From the NCBI GenBank assembly GCA_050251055.1, contig JBFWNL010000006.1:160001-224000 (forward strand): a stretch of DNA of 64,000 nucleotides, written 5' to 3'. Source of the DNA: Bacteriovoracia bacterium. GTDB taxonomy: Bacteria; Bdellovibrionota; UBA1018; JBFWNL01. Below are positions 49,004 to 57,684 of this stretch, piece by piece. The translations under genes and the position numbers were made by a program. Position 1 is the first letter of the stretch, and each line of letters opens with the position of its first letter. A model generated the notes under the pieces. It saw only the letters and a list, made by a program, of their open reading frames with translations. It was not told the origin of the DNA and searched no databases.

Positions 49004-49813
49004 TTATGGGCCGCCCATCGGTTGACGCCCGCCGGGACCGTCGTCCAGCGGGACGCCCGGTCCCGCGCGGCGCACGGTAAACGAACCCGGGATGGCGGTC
49101 ACCCGTGTGAAATGACTCGCCGACGTCAGCGTGTACATGCCATTAATCATCCCGGGGTTAGCCAGAGTGATCGCTTGTCCTTGGGAGAGAACTTCGACGT
49201 AGCCGGAGAAGCGGATGGTGTACCGCAGTCCGCTCGTGAATTCGCCGCGATCGTTGGCGACGCGAAGGCTGCCGCGGAATTCCGGGCAAAGCCCGCTATC
49301 AAGCGTGAGCGTGAGCTGATCGTAGGCGCCCACTGGCGCTTGGCCCGTCGCTACCCGCGTTCCCGCTGGATCCAGGTGGGTGACGGATTGGACGCGGTCA
49401 TTCGTATAAATCGGGACCATTTCTTCGGCTTCTTCGGTGCCGGATTCTGGAGAATCGTCTTCTTCCTGTACGATGCTGTCGATGGCGGTGAAATGGCCGC
49501 TATCCGCGTCGAGCCGAGGAAGCGCGCTTGGCCGCGCCGGCCGCAGGGAAATTCCCGAAATGCAAAGGGACGCGTCCAGGCGTCGAGGTGAAGATCCGTC
49601 GGCGGGGGTGGCTGACCCGTCGGCAAGATGGATGGCTTGATCCATGCGCACGGCCCCCGTGTAAGTGAACGGCGCAAAGCGAATGGGCATGGGCACGGAA
49701 ACCACAGGATTTCCGGTCGAGCTCCCGCCTCCCGTTTTAACCACGGGCGCGCATCCGCTCACAATGAGCGCGCAAGCCAAGGCGAGTGTGAGTAATGCTT
49801 TTAGTTTTTTCAA
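49004..49813 (-). CDS. TIGR02147-associated lipoprotein (paralogue 2)
   Basis: TTG start MKKLKALL..LIVSGC lipobox; GGGSSTGNP, GAYDQLTLTLDSGLC. Confidence 0.78.
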   Translation of the reverse strand: MKKLKALLTLALACALIVSGCAPVVKTGGGSSTGNPVVSVPMPIRFAPFTYTGAVRMDQAIHLADGSATPADGSSPRRLDASLCISGISLRPARPSALPRLDADSGHFTAIDSIVQEEDDSPESGTEEAEEMVPIYTNDRVQSVTHLDPAGTRVATGQAPVGAYDQLTLTLDSGLCPEFRGSLRVANDRGEFTSGLRYTIRFSGYVEVLSQGQAITLANPGMINGMYTLTSASHFTRVTAIPGSFTVRRAGPGVPLDDGPGGRQPMGGP

Positions 49814-49844
49814 GGAGGCCCCAAACAACAGACTTATATAGTCA

Positions 49845-49873
49845 ATTATGAGGTTGAGGCTCTGAATTGTCAA
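49845..49873 (-). promoter_or_regulatory. sigma70 promoter for lipoprotein 2
   Basis: TTGACA-N17-CATAAT. Confidence 0.65.
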
Positions 49874-49893
49874 TGCTTCCAAAGACTTTTGGT

Positions 49894-50757
49894 TCATATT
49901 TTCCCTTGTGATTTCTTTGGGTTATCGGATTCTACCACGGGGAAAGCGACGAAGCTGACGTGATAGACGGAGGAGCGCCCCTCTTGGGCCTGGGTGATTC
50001 CGCGGATTTCGTTCATGGCGCGTTCCATGACTTCCTTCACGGCGCCGAACGTGTCCGGATGCATTCCGATGGTGAAGCCAAGGATGTTACGGTCGTCGCG
50101 TGGCGTGCTGTGAATGGATTCGACCGCCATGCCCAGCATGGTTTTGTGGAATTCCGAAAGCGCCAGGCGATAAATCTGGCCGTCGCAGTCGACGGACTTG
50201 CCTTCGGGGAATCCGGCATCGGATTTTCCCATGCGGGCGACGAAGCCGTGCTTTAGCAGGAAGTCGATCGCATGCTGGATTTCACGCAGGCTCACTTTCG
50301 CCTTGAGGCGCGCTTGAATCCAGCGCGCTTCCAGCTGAAAATGCGCGAATCCCGCCATCTCGCGAATCACGACGTAATACCAACGGCTGAGGTATCGGTA
50401 GGCTTCGAATTCCTTCGGATTGTGCCGGCGATAGATTCCGAAGCGCTGCAGTTTTCGGTAGGCGCGTTGACGATCTTCGGTGGGGTTTTTTTCCGAAAGC
50501 TGTCGCAGCGACTGGAAGAACGAAGTCTCGGACTCGTTCAAGTCCATGTGCCGAAGCAGTTGCCGGGCGACGTCGTCGGTGAGCGCGCGCTTTCCGTTCA
50601 TCACGAGCGGCAGGAAACCCTCGGAGAATTTCGCGCGGCGGGCGAACTCCCGGACCGATGTTCCATCCTGCGTTTTTTTAAACGCGAACCAGTCACGCAG
50701 GAAAGCGCGGTGGTCGTGGTACTGGTGGATGTCGGGGCGCCCCCCGGTGCCTTTCAT
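49894..50757 (-). CDS. TIGR02147-family protein, paralogue 2
   Basis: RPDIHQYHDHRAFLRDW, SVREFARRA HTH, WYYVVIREM, VYHVSFVAFP. Confidence 0.9.
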   Translation of the reverse strand: MKGTGGRPDIHQYHDHRAFLRDWFAFKKTQDGTSVREFARRAKFSEGFLPLVMNGKRALTDDVARQLLRHMDLNESETSFFQSLRQLSEKNPTEDRQRAYRKLQRFGIYRRHNPKEFEAYRYLSRWYYVVIREMAGFAHFQLEARWIQARLKAKVSLREIQHAIDFLLKHGFVARMGKSDAGFPEGKSVDCDGQIYRLALSEFHKTMLGMAVESIHSTPRDDRNILGFTIGMHPDTFGAVKEVMERAMNEIRGITQAQEGRSSVYHVSFVAFPVVESDNPKKSQGKI

Positions 50758-50763
50758 GTTTTG

Positions 50764-51059
50764 ATGATATCACCTCGGAAAATACCGCGTCAAATAATGC
50801 ATTCATAAATAGAGATTAAATACAAAAGGCACCCCTAGATATTTATATAAACATTTGAATTTTATATTTTTTTTAAAAAAATAAATTAAATCGCATTCAT
50901 ATTTTAAGAAATTATTTCTACCAATCTGCAATTTGCATTCAAATAATAAGATTCAATTAGTATAAATATGTATAAATATTTGTTTTTATTTAATTATTTA
51001 AAAAAACGCATTCAAATCCAAAGTTATTATTTGACAAAAACACTCCAGAATCGTATGTT
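50764..51059. promoter_or_regulatory. AT-rich divergent control region with four phased GCATTCA repeats
   Basis: Leftward TTGACG-N18-TATCAT with extended TG (50793-50764); rightward TTGACA-N17-TATGTT (51031-51059); GCATTCA at 50799, 50893, 50935, 51008. Confidence 0.72.
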
Positions 51060-51081
51060 GTTCCTGTACTCGTGAAACACG

Positions 51082-51159
51082 CCCCCGAAGCACGAGACCA
51101 TCCGCCTCCAGGATTTCCGATTGGCGGAAGTTCTGGAGGTGGGCTCGGTCGTTCGGGGG
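51082..51159 (+). ncRNA. Structured 5' leader RNA (long G-U-containing hairpin)
   Basis: CCCCCGAA/TTCGGGGG, CGAG/CTCG and 18-bp inner stem CCGCCTCCAGGATTTCCG/CGGAAGTTCTGGAGGTGG with three G-U pairs. Confidence 0.45.
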
Positions 51160-51190
51160 AAATTGCCAGGGGCAATGAAGGGAGAGGGAG

Positions 51191-52984
51191 ATGGGGAAGG
51201 CTTTTAATCTTGGTTGGAAGGTGGCGATGGTCGCGGTCGGCTCGGGAGCGTGGAGTGGTTACGCTTTCGCCGAGGGCGAGAGCTTGAAGATCACGACCCC
51301 CGCGCGTCCCGCCTACATCAACGCCGCCACGGATCGGGTTCGGTATCCCGTTACGGGGACCTGCGAAGACCGAGGTGGCGTAGTGCGGATGACGAGTCCG
51401 CTCGCGTTGGATCTCCCCTGCGTAAAGGGCCGCTTTTCCGCCCAGATCGACGTGTCCGGCCGCCGAAGCGGCGCATTTTCCTTGCGGGTAGAGCAGGATG
51501 TCGCCGGCGATACGAAGTTCGGTGGTCATCTCCCGACCATCCACTTGCAAGACGACGTGACGGTGAACGTGGATTTAGTTCCGCCGACGATCACCTTTAA
51601 TACGCAAAATATTGATCTCTACACGGTGAATCGCCATTCCATGCAGATTCGTTGCTCCGATGTGGCGCAACCCATCGAAGTCACCGCCGGTGGCGCGGTG
51701 GTTTACCGTGGGCGTTGCGCCTTGGCGAATCAGTTCTACGAGGTGAACTTGGATCTCGGAGAGATCGCGGATGGAAATCTGCAGATCCAGGTTCGCCACG
51801 AAGACGCCGCGGGAAACCCCCAGACCGCGAGCCAGCAGCGGAATAAATCCATGCGGTTTACCCCGTGGACTCAAGCGCATTCCGTCGATCGAGCCGGGCA
51901 TCGTTATCTCTTGGGGAATTCCTCGGTCCGCAATCTCGTCGTCTGCGAGCAGCCGACGGGAGAGCGCGTGGGCATGATTCCACAGACCGTCGGTTCCGGA
52001 GCAAGGTCTGCGGTTTCCAAGAACGGGCAGTTCTTGCTGGTTTTCGGCGCGGGGGGATTTCAACGGATTGCCCCTGACTGCTCGGAATCACTGGGTGGCT
52101 TTGCCCTGCCGTCCGAGATGACTTCGGCGGATTTCGTCAAGGTTTCGGACCAAGGTCAAATCTATGCGTTTCGAAGTGGCGCGCACATGGGCAGCTCGGA
52201 CACGGGTCCCGCGCACCTATTGCGATACAATCTACAAGGTGCCCTGATTTCCCAAGCGAGCTACGCGCCAGATCTCTGCGACTCGCTTTCGAGTTCTTGG
52301 GTCGCGGAGATCGCGAGTTTTCAGGTGAATCCGGACTCGGGCAAGGCGTTCCTGATGTGCTCTTCGACCCGCATGGACCCCGCTGGAAACAGCACTCAGT
52401 TCATCAACGTGGCCGAAGTGGGCGAAGGTTTCCAGATCGGTGCGTGGCAGGCGGTCGATACGCTCCAGTTCATATACGGAAACGGAGCGGAGTCTGCGCG
52501 CATGGAGATTAACGGCGTGGGTGACCTCATGGTTTACTACGGACTCAACTGGCAGGGCGCCCACTACATCCAAGCCCGTACGCTTCGCGGCGCGATCTGG
52601 AGCGCACGTACGAACTTGATGGTCGGGTCCACGAACCAGCTGGTGATCCCCGACGACGAAAGCTTCGTGATCGTCGCCGAGTCGCTCACCCAGACGGCAC
52701 AAAATTGCGGTCGCCCGGCTAATTTCCGCGCGGCTCTGTTGAGCTACGTGCGGGCGGGAGCCGCGTTGAGTCCCGGCTCATCCGCACGCACCCTTGCCAC
52801 GGCGGCGGAAACGGTGCCGGCGGGCGGTTGCCGCTTGGAGCTCGATCGCTCGACGTTGCGGCTCGACGACGCTGGTCACAGTTACGGGTTCGCGAATATC
52901 TATGACGGCACCTACTGGGCGCCGGTGCTGATGCAAGATCCCAACGCGAATGCCTCGATCCTGCAGCTTCTAGGGATGGATTGA
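51191..52984 (+). CDS. Secreted protein with two Ig-like repeats and a C-terminal beta-rich domain
   Basis: Signal peptide AFA; YPVTGTCE, VEQDVAGD, DLVPPTITF, HEDAAGN. Confidence 0.75.
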   Translation: MGKAFNLGWKVAMVAVGSGAWSGYAFAEGESLKITTPARPAYINAATDRVRYPVTGTCEDRGGVVRMTSPLALDLPCVKGRFSAQIDVSGRRSGAFSLRVEQDVAGDTKFGGHLPTIHLQDDVTVNVDLVPPTITFNTQNIDLYTVNRHSMQIRCSDVAQPIEVTAGGAVVYRGRCALANQFYEVNLDLGEIADGNLQIQVRHEDAAGNPQTASQQRNKSMRFTPWTQAHSVDRAGHRYLLGNSSVRNLVVCEQPTGERVGMIPQTVGSGARSAVSKNGQFLLVFGAGGFQRIAPDCSESLGGFALPSEMTSADFVKVSDQGQIYAFRSGAHMGSSDTGPAHLLRYNLQGALISQASYAPDLCDSLSSSWVAEIASFQVNPDSGKAFLMCSSTRMDPAGNSTQFINVAEVGEGFQIGAWQAVDTLQFIYGNGAESARMEINGVGDLMVYYGLNWQGAHYIQARTLRGAIWSARTNLMVGSTNQLVIPDDESFVIVAESLTQTAQNCGRPANFRAALLSYVRAGAALSPGSSARTLATAAETVPAGGCRLELDRSTLRLDDAGHSYGFANIYDGTYWAPVLMQDPNANASILQLLGMD

Positions 52985-52999
52985 TCTCTCTCTAACCTC

Positions 53000-53028
53000 G
53001 TGGCCGGGGCGATGATCGCCCCGGCCAC
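53000..53028 (+). repeat. Intergenic GC-rich perfect hairpin without U-tract
   Basis: GTGGCCGGGGCGA-TGA-TCGCCCCGGCCAC. Confidence 0.7.
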
Positions 53029-53039
53029 ACCCCCGCTTA

Positions 53040-54032
53040 ATGGAGGTAGGAGTTATGCTTCAAGTCCTTTTCGCCATGGGTTTACTCGCTTTACTCGCGC
53101 TCAATACGACTTCGGTGATCTTCCAAGGCCAAATTGGTGGTGTGCAAAATCGAACGATCGGTGAGGTCAATAGTCTGCATAATCTCCTGAACCAAATCAC
53201 CACTCATGCGGAAGCCTGTCGGCAGCTTTTTGGAAGTATCGATCTTTCAGGTTTGGTGGGCCGAGATGCTCCGGTAGAAATACCAGTCGCCCTCGAGCTG
53301 CCCGGGGTAATCAGTCTGCGCGCGGGGACCGAGCTCCCCGGATCGTTGATTCGACTGCAGAGCGTGGGGATTCGCGAAGCCGTGCGCGTGTCGCCATTTC
53401 GTCCGGTGTACCAGGTTCGCCTGCGCGTCGGTCTGGGTCTCCGGGACCTGACGGAGCGTTTGCGTCTCAATCGTCCGGATATATCGATCCCCGTACAGCT
53501 CATTGCTGATGAAAGGGGCATCGTACGTGATTGCGGGGGAATTCCCACCGACGCCGATCCACCCCGATACTCCGTCATTCGCTGCGCGAAAACGTTCACC
53601 CGCCAGTTTGTTTCAGAGTGGTTCGACCGTAACACCTACCGCAACTCTCGGCCGGGGCAACGGATCGCGGGCTGGAATTATATGAATTTCGCCAAGTTCC
53701 TTCCGTCCGAATGCGATGGCGGGCAGTTGCCGGACGAAAGCTACGAAGGCCAAGTGCAGTCGTCCGTGGTTTGTGGTGCTTCCGGAGTGATGGCAGTCCT
53801 AAATGCGGGGGATCTGCCGTTTCGTCCCGAGGTTCTTTTCGGTGGGATCGAGCCCGCTTATCTGCGCGGTCCCGGCGTCGTTTGGTACTACTCGAGCTGG
53901 AGCTCGGGCGCCTGCGAGCGCGACATGGGGTACGGTGACCAGGGAGTGATCGCCGTCACCTATGTTCGGCGTCAAGGCCCGGGGCGGGTCATGGGGGTCC
54001 CCTTGGCCCAGGTCGGCGAGCTGATTCACTAG
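53040..54032 (+). CDS. Pilin-like protein with degenerate prepilin leader
   Basis: N-terminal hydrophobic helix, ACRQLF and DERGIVRDCGG match the other two pilin-like proteins; start may be 53055 (GGAGG/AGGAG RBS). Confidence 0.65.
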   Translation: MEVGVMLQVLFAMGLLALLALNTTSVIFQGQIGGVQNRTIGEVNSLHNLLNQITTHAEACRQLFGSIDLSGLVGRDAPVEIPVALELPGVISLRAGTELPGSLIRLQSVGIREAVRVSPFRPVYQVRLRVGLGLRDLTERLRLNRPDISIPVQLIADERGIVRDCGGIPTDADPPRYSVIRCAKTFTRQFVSEWFDRNTYRNSRPGQRIAGWNYMNFAKFLPSECDGGQLPDESYEGQVQSSVVCGASGVMAVLNAGDLPFRPEVLFGGIEPAYLRGPGVVWYYSSWSSGACERDMGYGDQGVIAVTYVRRQGPGRVMGVPLAQVGELIH

Positions 54033-54063
54033 TGCATATCGACGAAGATCGGCGCCCCGGTTT

Positions 54064-54507
54064 TCAACCCTCCACTAATGTGGCCACTAGTAAAACCAAG
54101 CCGGTTTTCGGGTCCAGGTAAGTGATGCTGCCGCCGTTGAGGTGATTTTCGAACTTTATTTTCCAGACTTCTCCTGCCGCCGGTAGATTTTCCAATCGAC
54201 CATACCGAATGGCGTGAGCGTTGTTCTTCAATAGCGACTGGACGAAGTTGATTGCGTCGTTAGCTTTTGATCGTTGCACCACGGGAGATCCCACTTTTGG
54301 TTCGTTCAGCTTGGGTGGCAGGTTGACGTGAAAGTGCCGGCGGACGGATTTTTCCGGCTGAGTCTTTATCCATTCTACATAGACGGAAAATGCGGCCTCG
54401 GGCGTGCGGATTTCTTTATTCACGGGCTTACCCCCTCCCGCCGCCCAGGTTTCCATGAAAACCAGCATTGAGACCACGGCGACAAAGTAAAAATCGATAC
54501 GGCTCAT
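54064..54507 (-). CDS. Secreted hypothetical protein
   Basis: Signal peptide; AAGGAA RBS directly after the prepilin gene. Confidence 0.65.
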   Translation of the reverse strand: MSRIDFYFVAVVSMLVFMETWAAGGGKPVNKEIRTPEAAFSVYVEWIKTQPEKSVRRHFHVNLPPKLNEPKVGSPVVQRSKANDAINFVQSLLKNNAHAIRYGRLENLPAAGEVWKIKFENHLNGGSITYLDPKTGLVLLVATLVEG

Positions 54508-54516
54508 AAAACTTCC

Positions 54517-56658
54517 TTACTCGGTGAACTTGAGTTTGAAGCATTTGAACTCGCAGCGGATACCCATGTTTCGCTTACGCGCGACGTGGTAGCGCCACTC
54601 CGTGATTTTTCCGGTGGCGTCGAGGATGGGTGCGATGTGACAGAGCCCGCCCTTGAGCTGTTCGGCGTCGCTCGCGCTCCCGGAGTTTCCGAACCGGCTT
54701 TCGTTGTAGAATTTGATATCGCACCAGTCGTAGGGCGTGCCGTCGCTCGAATTGGGAATGGGCCGGCATCGCTCCGGGGTCCCGCTCGGGCTAAAGCAGC
54801 TGTTGCCGGTGGGCTGAGTTCCGCCCGCCCATCCTTCCACGCGCTCGTAGTCGCCGCCGGATTTGTCCCCGCAGTTTCCGAGCGCGTCGATGTCGCCGGA
54901 GGGGCACATATCGGATCGCATCGCTTCAAAGCCCGTCGGTTCGAGTCCCGCGCCGAGCTGGGCGGGCAGCACCACGCGCTGGGAGAGGAATACTTCCATG
55001 CGGGGCGCCGCCCACTTCGCTTGCCCATTGGCGCTAACCGCGGCTAGAACCTTATTCGGGGCCGGCGTACCCATGTCCGCGGCGTCCAGGCGAAACGCCG
55101 TTTGGGCACCCGTCGAAGTCGCCTGCGAAAGAATGATGCGGCCCCGGCCATCCATCGCCGCGAGCACTTGTCCGCCGTTTCCTCCGCTGCAGCTGCCGGC
55201 GAGTGTACAGTTGCGTAGCTCCAGGCGGCCGGCTCCTTCGTCGCCCGGGGCGGCCGAGTTAATGGTTTCCGAAAGGCGGGCCACCCAATTCGCGTTGGCG
55301 TACGCACCGGGCTGCTCCGGATCGGCGTGAAAAATGGCGAACCCGTTGTTTTTTCCGGGCAAAGAATTCGGCCCGATCGAGCGATACTCCTTGGCGCGAA
55401 CGTCGAGGTGCGCGCCAAGCGCTCGATTCACGAAGGCGACGCGTTTGGGGGAGTTGCCGACGGTGGGAGAGCTCCATACGCCGAGCTCGAGCTGATTATT
55501 GCCGGAAGGATCTTTGCCGAAACCCGCGTAGGCTTCGCCCATGTAATCCGTGCCGCCGGCGGTGCTGGGCACGCGCGTGCCGAACTTGAAGAGTCCCGAA
55601 ATCCCAAAGGCGCCGGGCTCGGCGGGGCCTACTCCCGGGGGAAGGAATTCCGCCACGGCTCGAGGCGCCGCCCCGCGCGCTTTGTGCATGAGGCTGAATC
55701 CGTTCGCATCGCCCCCAAAAATCAGGGCGGGACGCTTAATCGCTCCGGTTTCTTCGATCATCCCAAATGCGGCGGTATTGGTCTGCCATTGGAGGTTCAG
55801 CCCACGGAAACCGCGCAGGTTCCAATCGCTGTTATTCGCGGCCTGAGTGACGGCGTTGAGTTCCGCGCGAGCGGGCGCCGTGCCTTGAATCCAGCGGCCT
55901 TTGGTCCAAAGCGACGAGGTCGCGGGACTGTCGATATCTCTGCCCACCCCTTTGTGCAGGGGGATGTCGGTGCCCGGGGTGTCGGTCAAGAGCATGCTAT
56001 CGCCGACGCAACGAAGCAGCCCAGTCGTCGGGTCGGGTACGAGCTCGCCCCCCATGGCCGAGCACTGCATGCCGGCGTCGTTGCCGCTGCCGTAGCAAGC
56101 CACGATTCGACCGGCGGGATCGGTTTCGAAGTAGATATTGGAAAACGTGCGGGAAAGCTGGCGCGATCCGTAACCCGCGTCCGCGGGCGTGCGGCCCATT
56201 TTCTCGGCATTGATCGTGATGCGGCCGAGATAGCGCCGGCAGTTTCCGCCGGCTCCGCACGTGAAATTTTCGACGAAGTTCGTTTCCCTTACGCGGATCT
56301 CATTCACCCGAATGCTCGAGGAAGGAAGGGTGGAATCGGCTAGCACGGAGATGTTCGGGCTTATACCTACGGCTAGCCGATTCCACTTCTTGTCGTAACC
56401 GCTCGTCCAGGTTTGCCAGCCCGGATCACCATCTGGGTTATTGGCGATGAGGGAAGAGCAGACCCGCTGATTCATGACGGCGGTTTCGACAGAATTTTGT
56501 ATGGATACCCATTCGGAGGAGAGCTGCGTGCCGCGGTTCGAGCGCGCGCCTTGCACCACCAGCGTGCTGGACAGGTACGCCGCGCCGCTGATCAGCCCCA
56601 GCACCAGCATCATTTCGATCAAGGAAAAACCGTTTTGATTTTTCGATGAAAGAGACAT
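54517..56658 (-). CDS. Large prepilin-type N-terminal cleavage/methylation domain protein
   Basis: NQNG|FSLIEMMLVLG canonical class III signal; GGAGG RBS before MSLSS; Cys-rich C-terminal domain. Confidence 0.85.
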   Translation of the reverse strand: MSLSSKNQNGFSLIEMMLVLGLISGAAYLSSTLVVQGARSNRGTQLSSEWVSIQNSVETAVMNQRVCSSLIANNPDGDPGWQTWTSGYDKKWNRLAVGISPNISVLADSTLPSSSIRVNEIRVRETNFVENFTCGAGGNCRRYLGRITINAEKMGRTPADAGYGSRQLSRTFSNIYFETDPAGRIVACYGSGNDAGMQCSAMGGELVPDPTTGLLRCVGDSMLLTDTPGTDIPLHKGVGRDIDSPATSSLWTKGRWIQGTAPARAELNAVTQAANNSDWNLRGFRGLNLQWQTNTAAFGMIEETGAIKRPALIFGGDANGFSLMHKARGAAPRAVAEFLPPGVGPAEPGAFGISGLFKFGTRVPSTAGGTDYMGEAYAGFGKDPSGNNQLELGVWSSPTVGNSPKRVAFVNRALGAHLDVRAKEYRSIGPNSLPGKNNGFAIFHADPEQPGAYANANWVARLSETINSAAPGDEGAGRLELRNCTLAGSCSGGNGGQVLAAMDGRGRIILSQATSTGAQTAFRLDAADMGTPAPNKVLAAVSANGQAKWAAPRMEVFLSQRVVLPAQLGAGLEPTGFEAMRSDMCPSGDIDALGNCGDKSGGDYERVEGWAGGTQPTGNSCFSPSGTPERCRPIPNSSDGTPYDWCDIKFYNESRFGNSGSASDAEQLKGGLCHIAPILDATGKITEWRYHVARKRNMGIRCEFKCFKLKFTE

Positions 56659-56683
56659 GACTTCCTCCCGCGTTTCCATCGGA

Positions 56684-56995
56684 TTAGAGACTTTGAACGC
56701 AGCTCGCCAAGCAGCTGGCTAATTCGGCCTCGAGTTGCTTCTTTTTGTCGCAGTTTGCCTGCGAGGTCATGAATAGGGTGGGTGGGCAAAAAATCGAGAA
56801 CAGTCCCACCAAGCCGCCGGCGTCTTCGTACTCACGAACCTTAGTGCCGAAGTCGTCGAAGCATTGCTGCGCGCATTCCAGGTCGGAATAGGTCGCTGGC
56901 GAAGGATTTTGTTTGGAGGCGGCGCCTTGGGCCACCTCAGTGCTTATGGAAACGAAAATTATTATCGCGAAGAGTTTTGTAAGAACCAGTTTCAT
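56684..56995 (-). CDS. Small secreted Cys-rich protein
   Basis: Signal peptide; CAQQC...C...C...CLASC; AAGGA RBS. Confidence 0.65.
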   Translation of the reverse strand: MKLVLTKLFAIIIFVSISTEVAQGAASKQNPSPATYSDLECAQQCFDDFGTKVREYEDAGGLVGLFSIFCPPTLFMTSQANCDKKKQLEAELASCLASCVQSL

Positions 56996-57133
56996 ATACG
57001 TCCTTTTTGTACGTTACTTGGGGGTGGAACCGGCCGCCGGGGCAAATATGGGAAACTTTCGGCGGCCGGTTCCTCGCTGGGCAAACGAATCAAAGTTCGG
57101 GTGACGCAATCCTATTTTGGGTTGCGACCTCGG

Positions 57134-57448
57134 TTATCGTTCGACTGAATTCGAGCTACCCACTGGGCGGGTGGCCTCGGGGACTAGGTACACCCGACAT
57201 CCGTAAATTTTGTAAGTACCCACGTATTCATCTTGGTAGGCGGCACAGAATTCCCACGTAGGCTTTGAGCCATCGGAAGGCCCGCAGAACGTGAACGCTT
57301 GGTTGCTGTTGTTGCCGTCGTCATGGCCTGCGCAGCGGCACCGCCACGAGCCTTCGCATTGGGCGGGCGCGGCTGCAAGCGCGTCGATAGTGACGCCTAA
57401 GTTCGAAACCGCCAGCCCCAATAAAAACATGAATTTTACGCCTCTCAT
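57134..57448 (-). CDS. Small secreted Cys-rich protein
   Basis: GGAGGGG RBS, signal peptide ALA, six Cys. Confidence 0.65.
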   Translation of the reverse strand: MRGVKFMFLLGLAVSNLGVTIDALAAAPAQCEGSWRCRCAGHDDGNNSNQAFTFCGPSDGSKPTWEFCAAYQDEYVGTYKIYGCRVYLVPEATRPVGSSNSVER

Positions 57449-57487
57449 CTACTTCCCCTCCCAGGTGCTTTGTTTTGGTACCTGTTC

Positions 57488-57669
57488 AGTATGTGGTGCA
57501 TTGCGTTATTAATCAATTTTTAGTAAGCAGTAACTAATAAAATTAATAAAAATTCTTTTATTTTAATATAGTTATAAATATAAACTTAATTAATTTAATT
57601 TATTAATAAATTTATAGTAAGCATTTAGGGTTGATTTTACTCGACGCAGCACGGGCTCCACGTCACAAT
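57488..57669. promoter_or_regulatory. AT-rich divergent control region with a TAGTAAGCA direct-repeat pair
   Basis: Leftward TTGATT-N17-CATACT (57516-57488); rightward TCGACG-N17-CACAAT (57641-57669); TAGTAAGCA at 57521 and 57615. Confidence 0.7.
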
Positions 57670-57684
57670 CATTTATAAGGAGAA

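Noticed and set aside
49870-49876. GCATTGA over the lipoprotein-2 -35 as an operator copy
   Set aside because: 6/7 match partly forced by TTGACA and not at the 5-7 nt position seen elsewhere.
49814-49897. N-terminal extension of the lipoprotein overlapping the TIGR02147 stop
   Set aside because: The region holds a TTGACA-N17-CATAAT promoter, and the TTG at 49813 gives a normal lipoprotein signal.
54064-56658. Polymorphic toxin-immunity pair
   Set aside because: No recognisable toxin motif in the C-terminus; only gene order suggests it.
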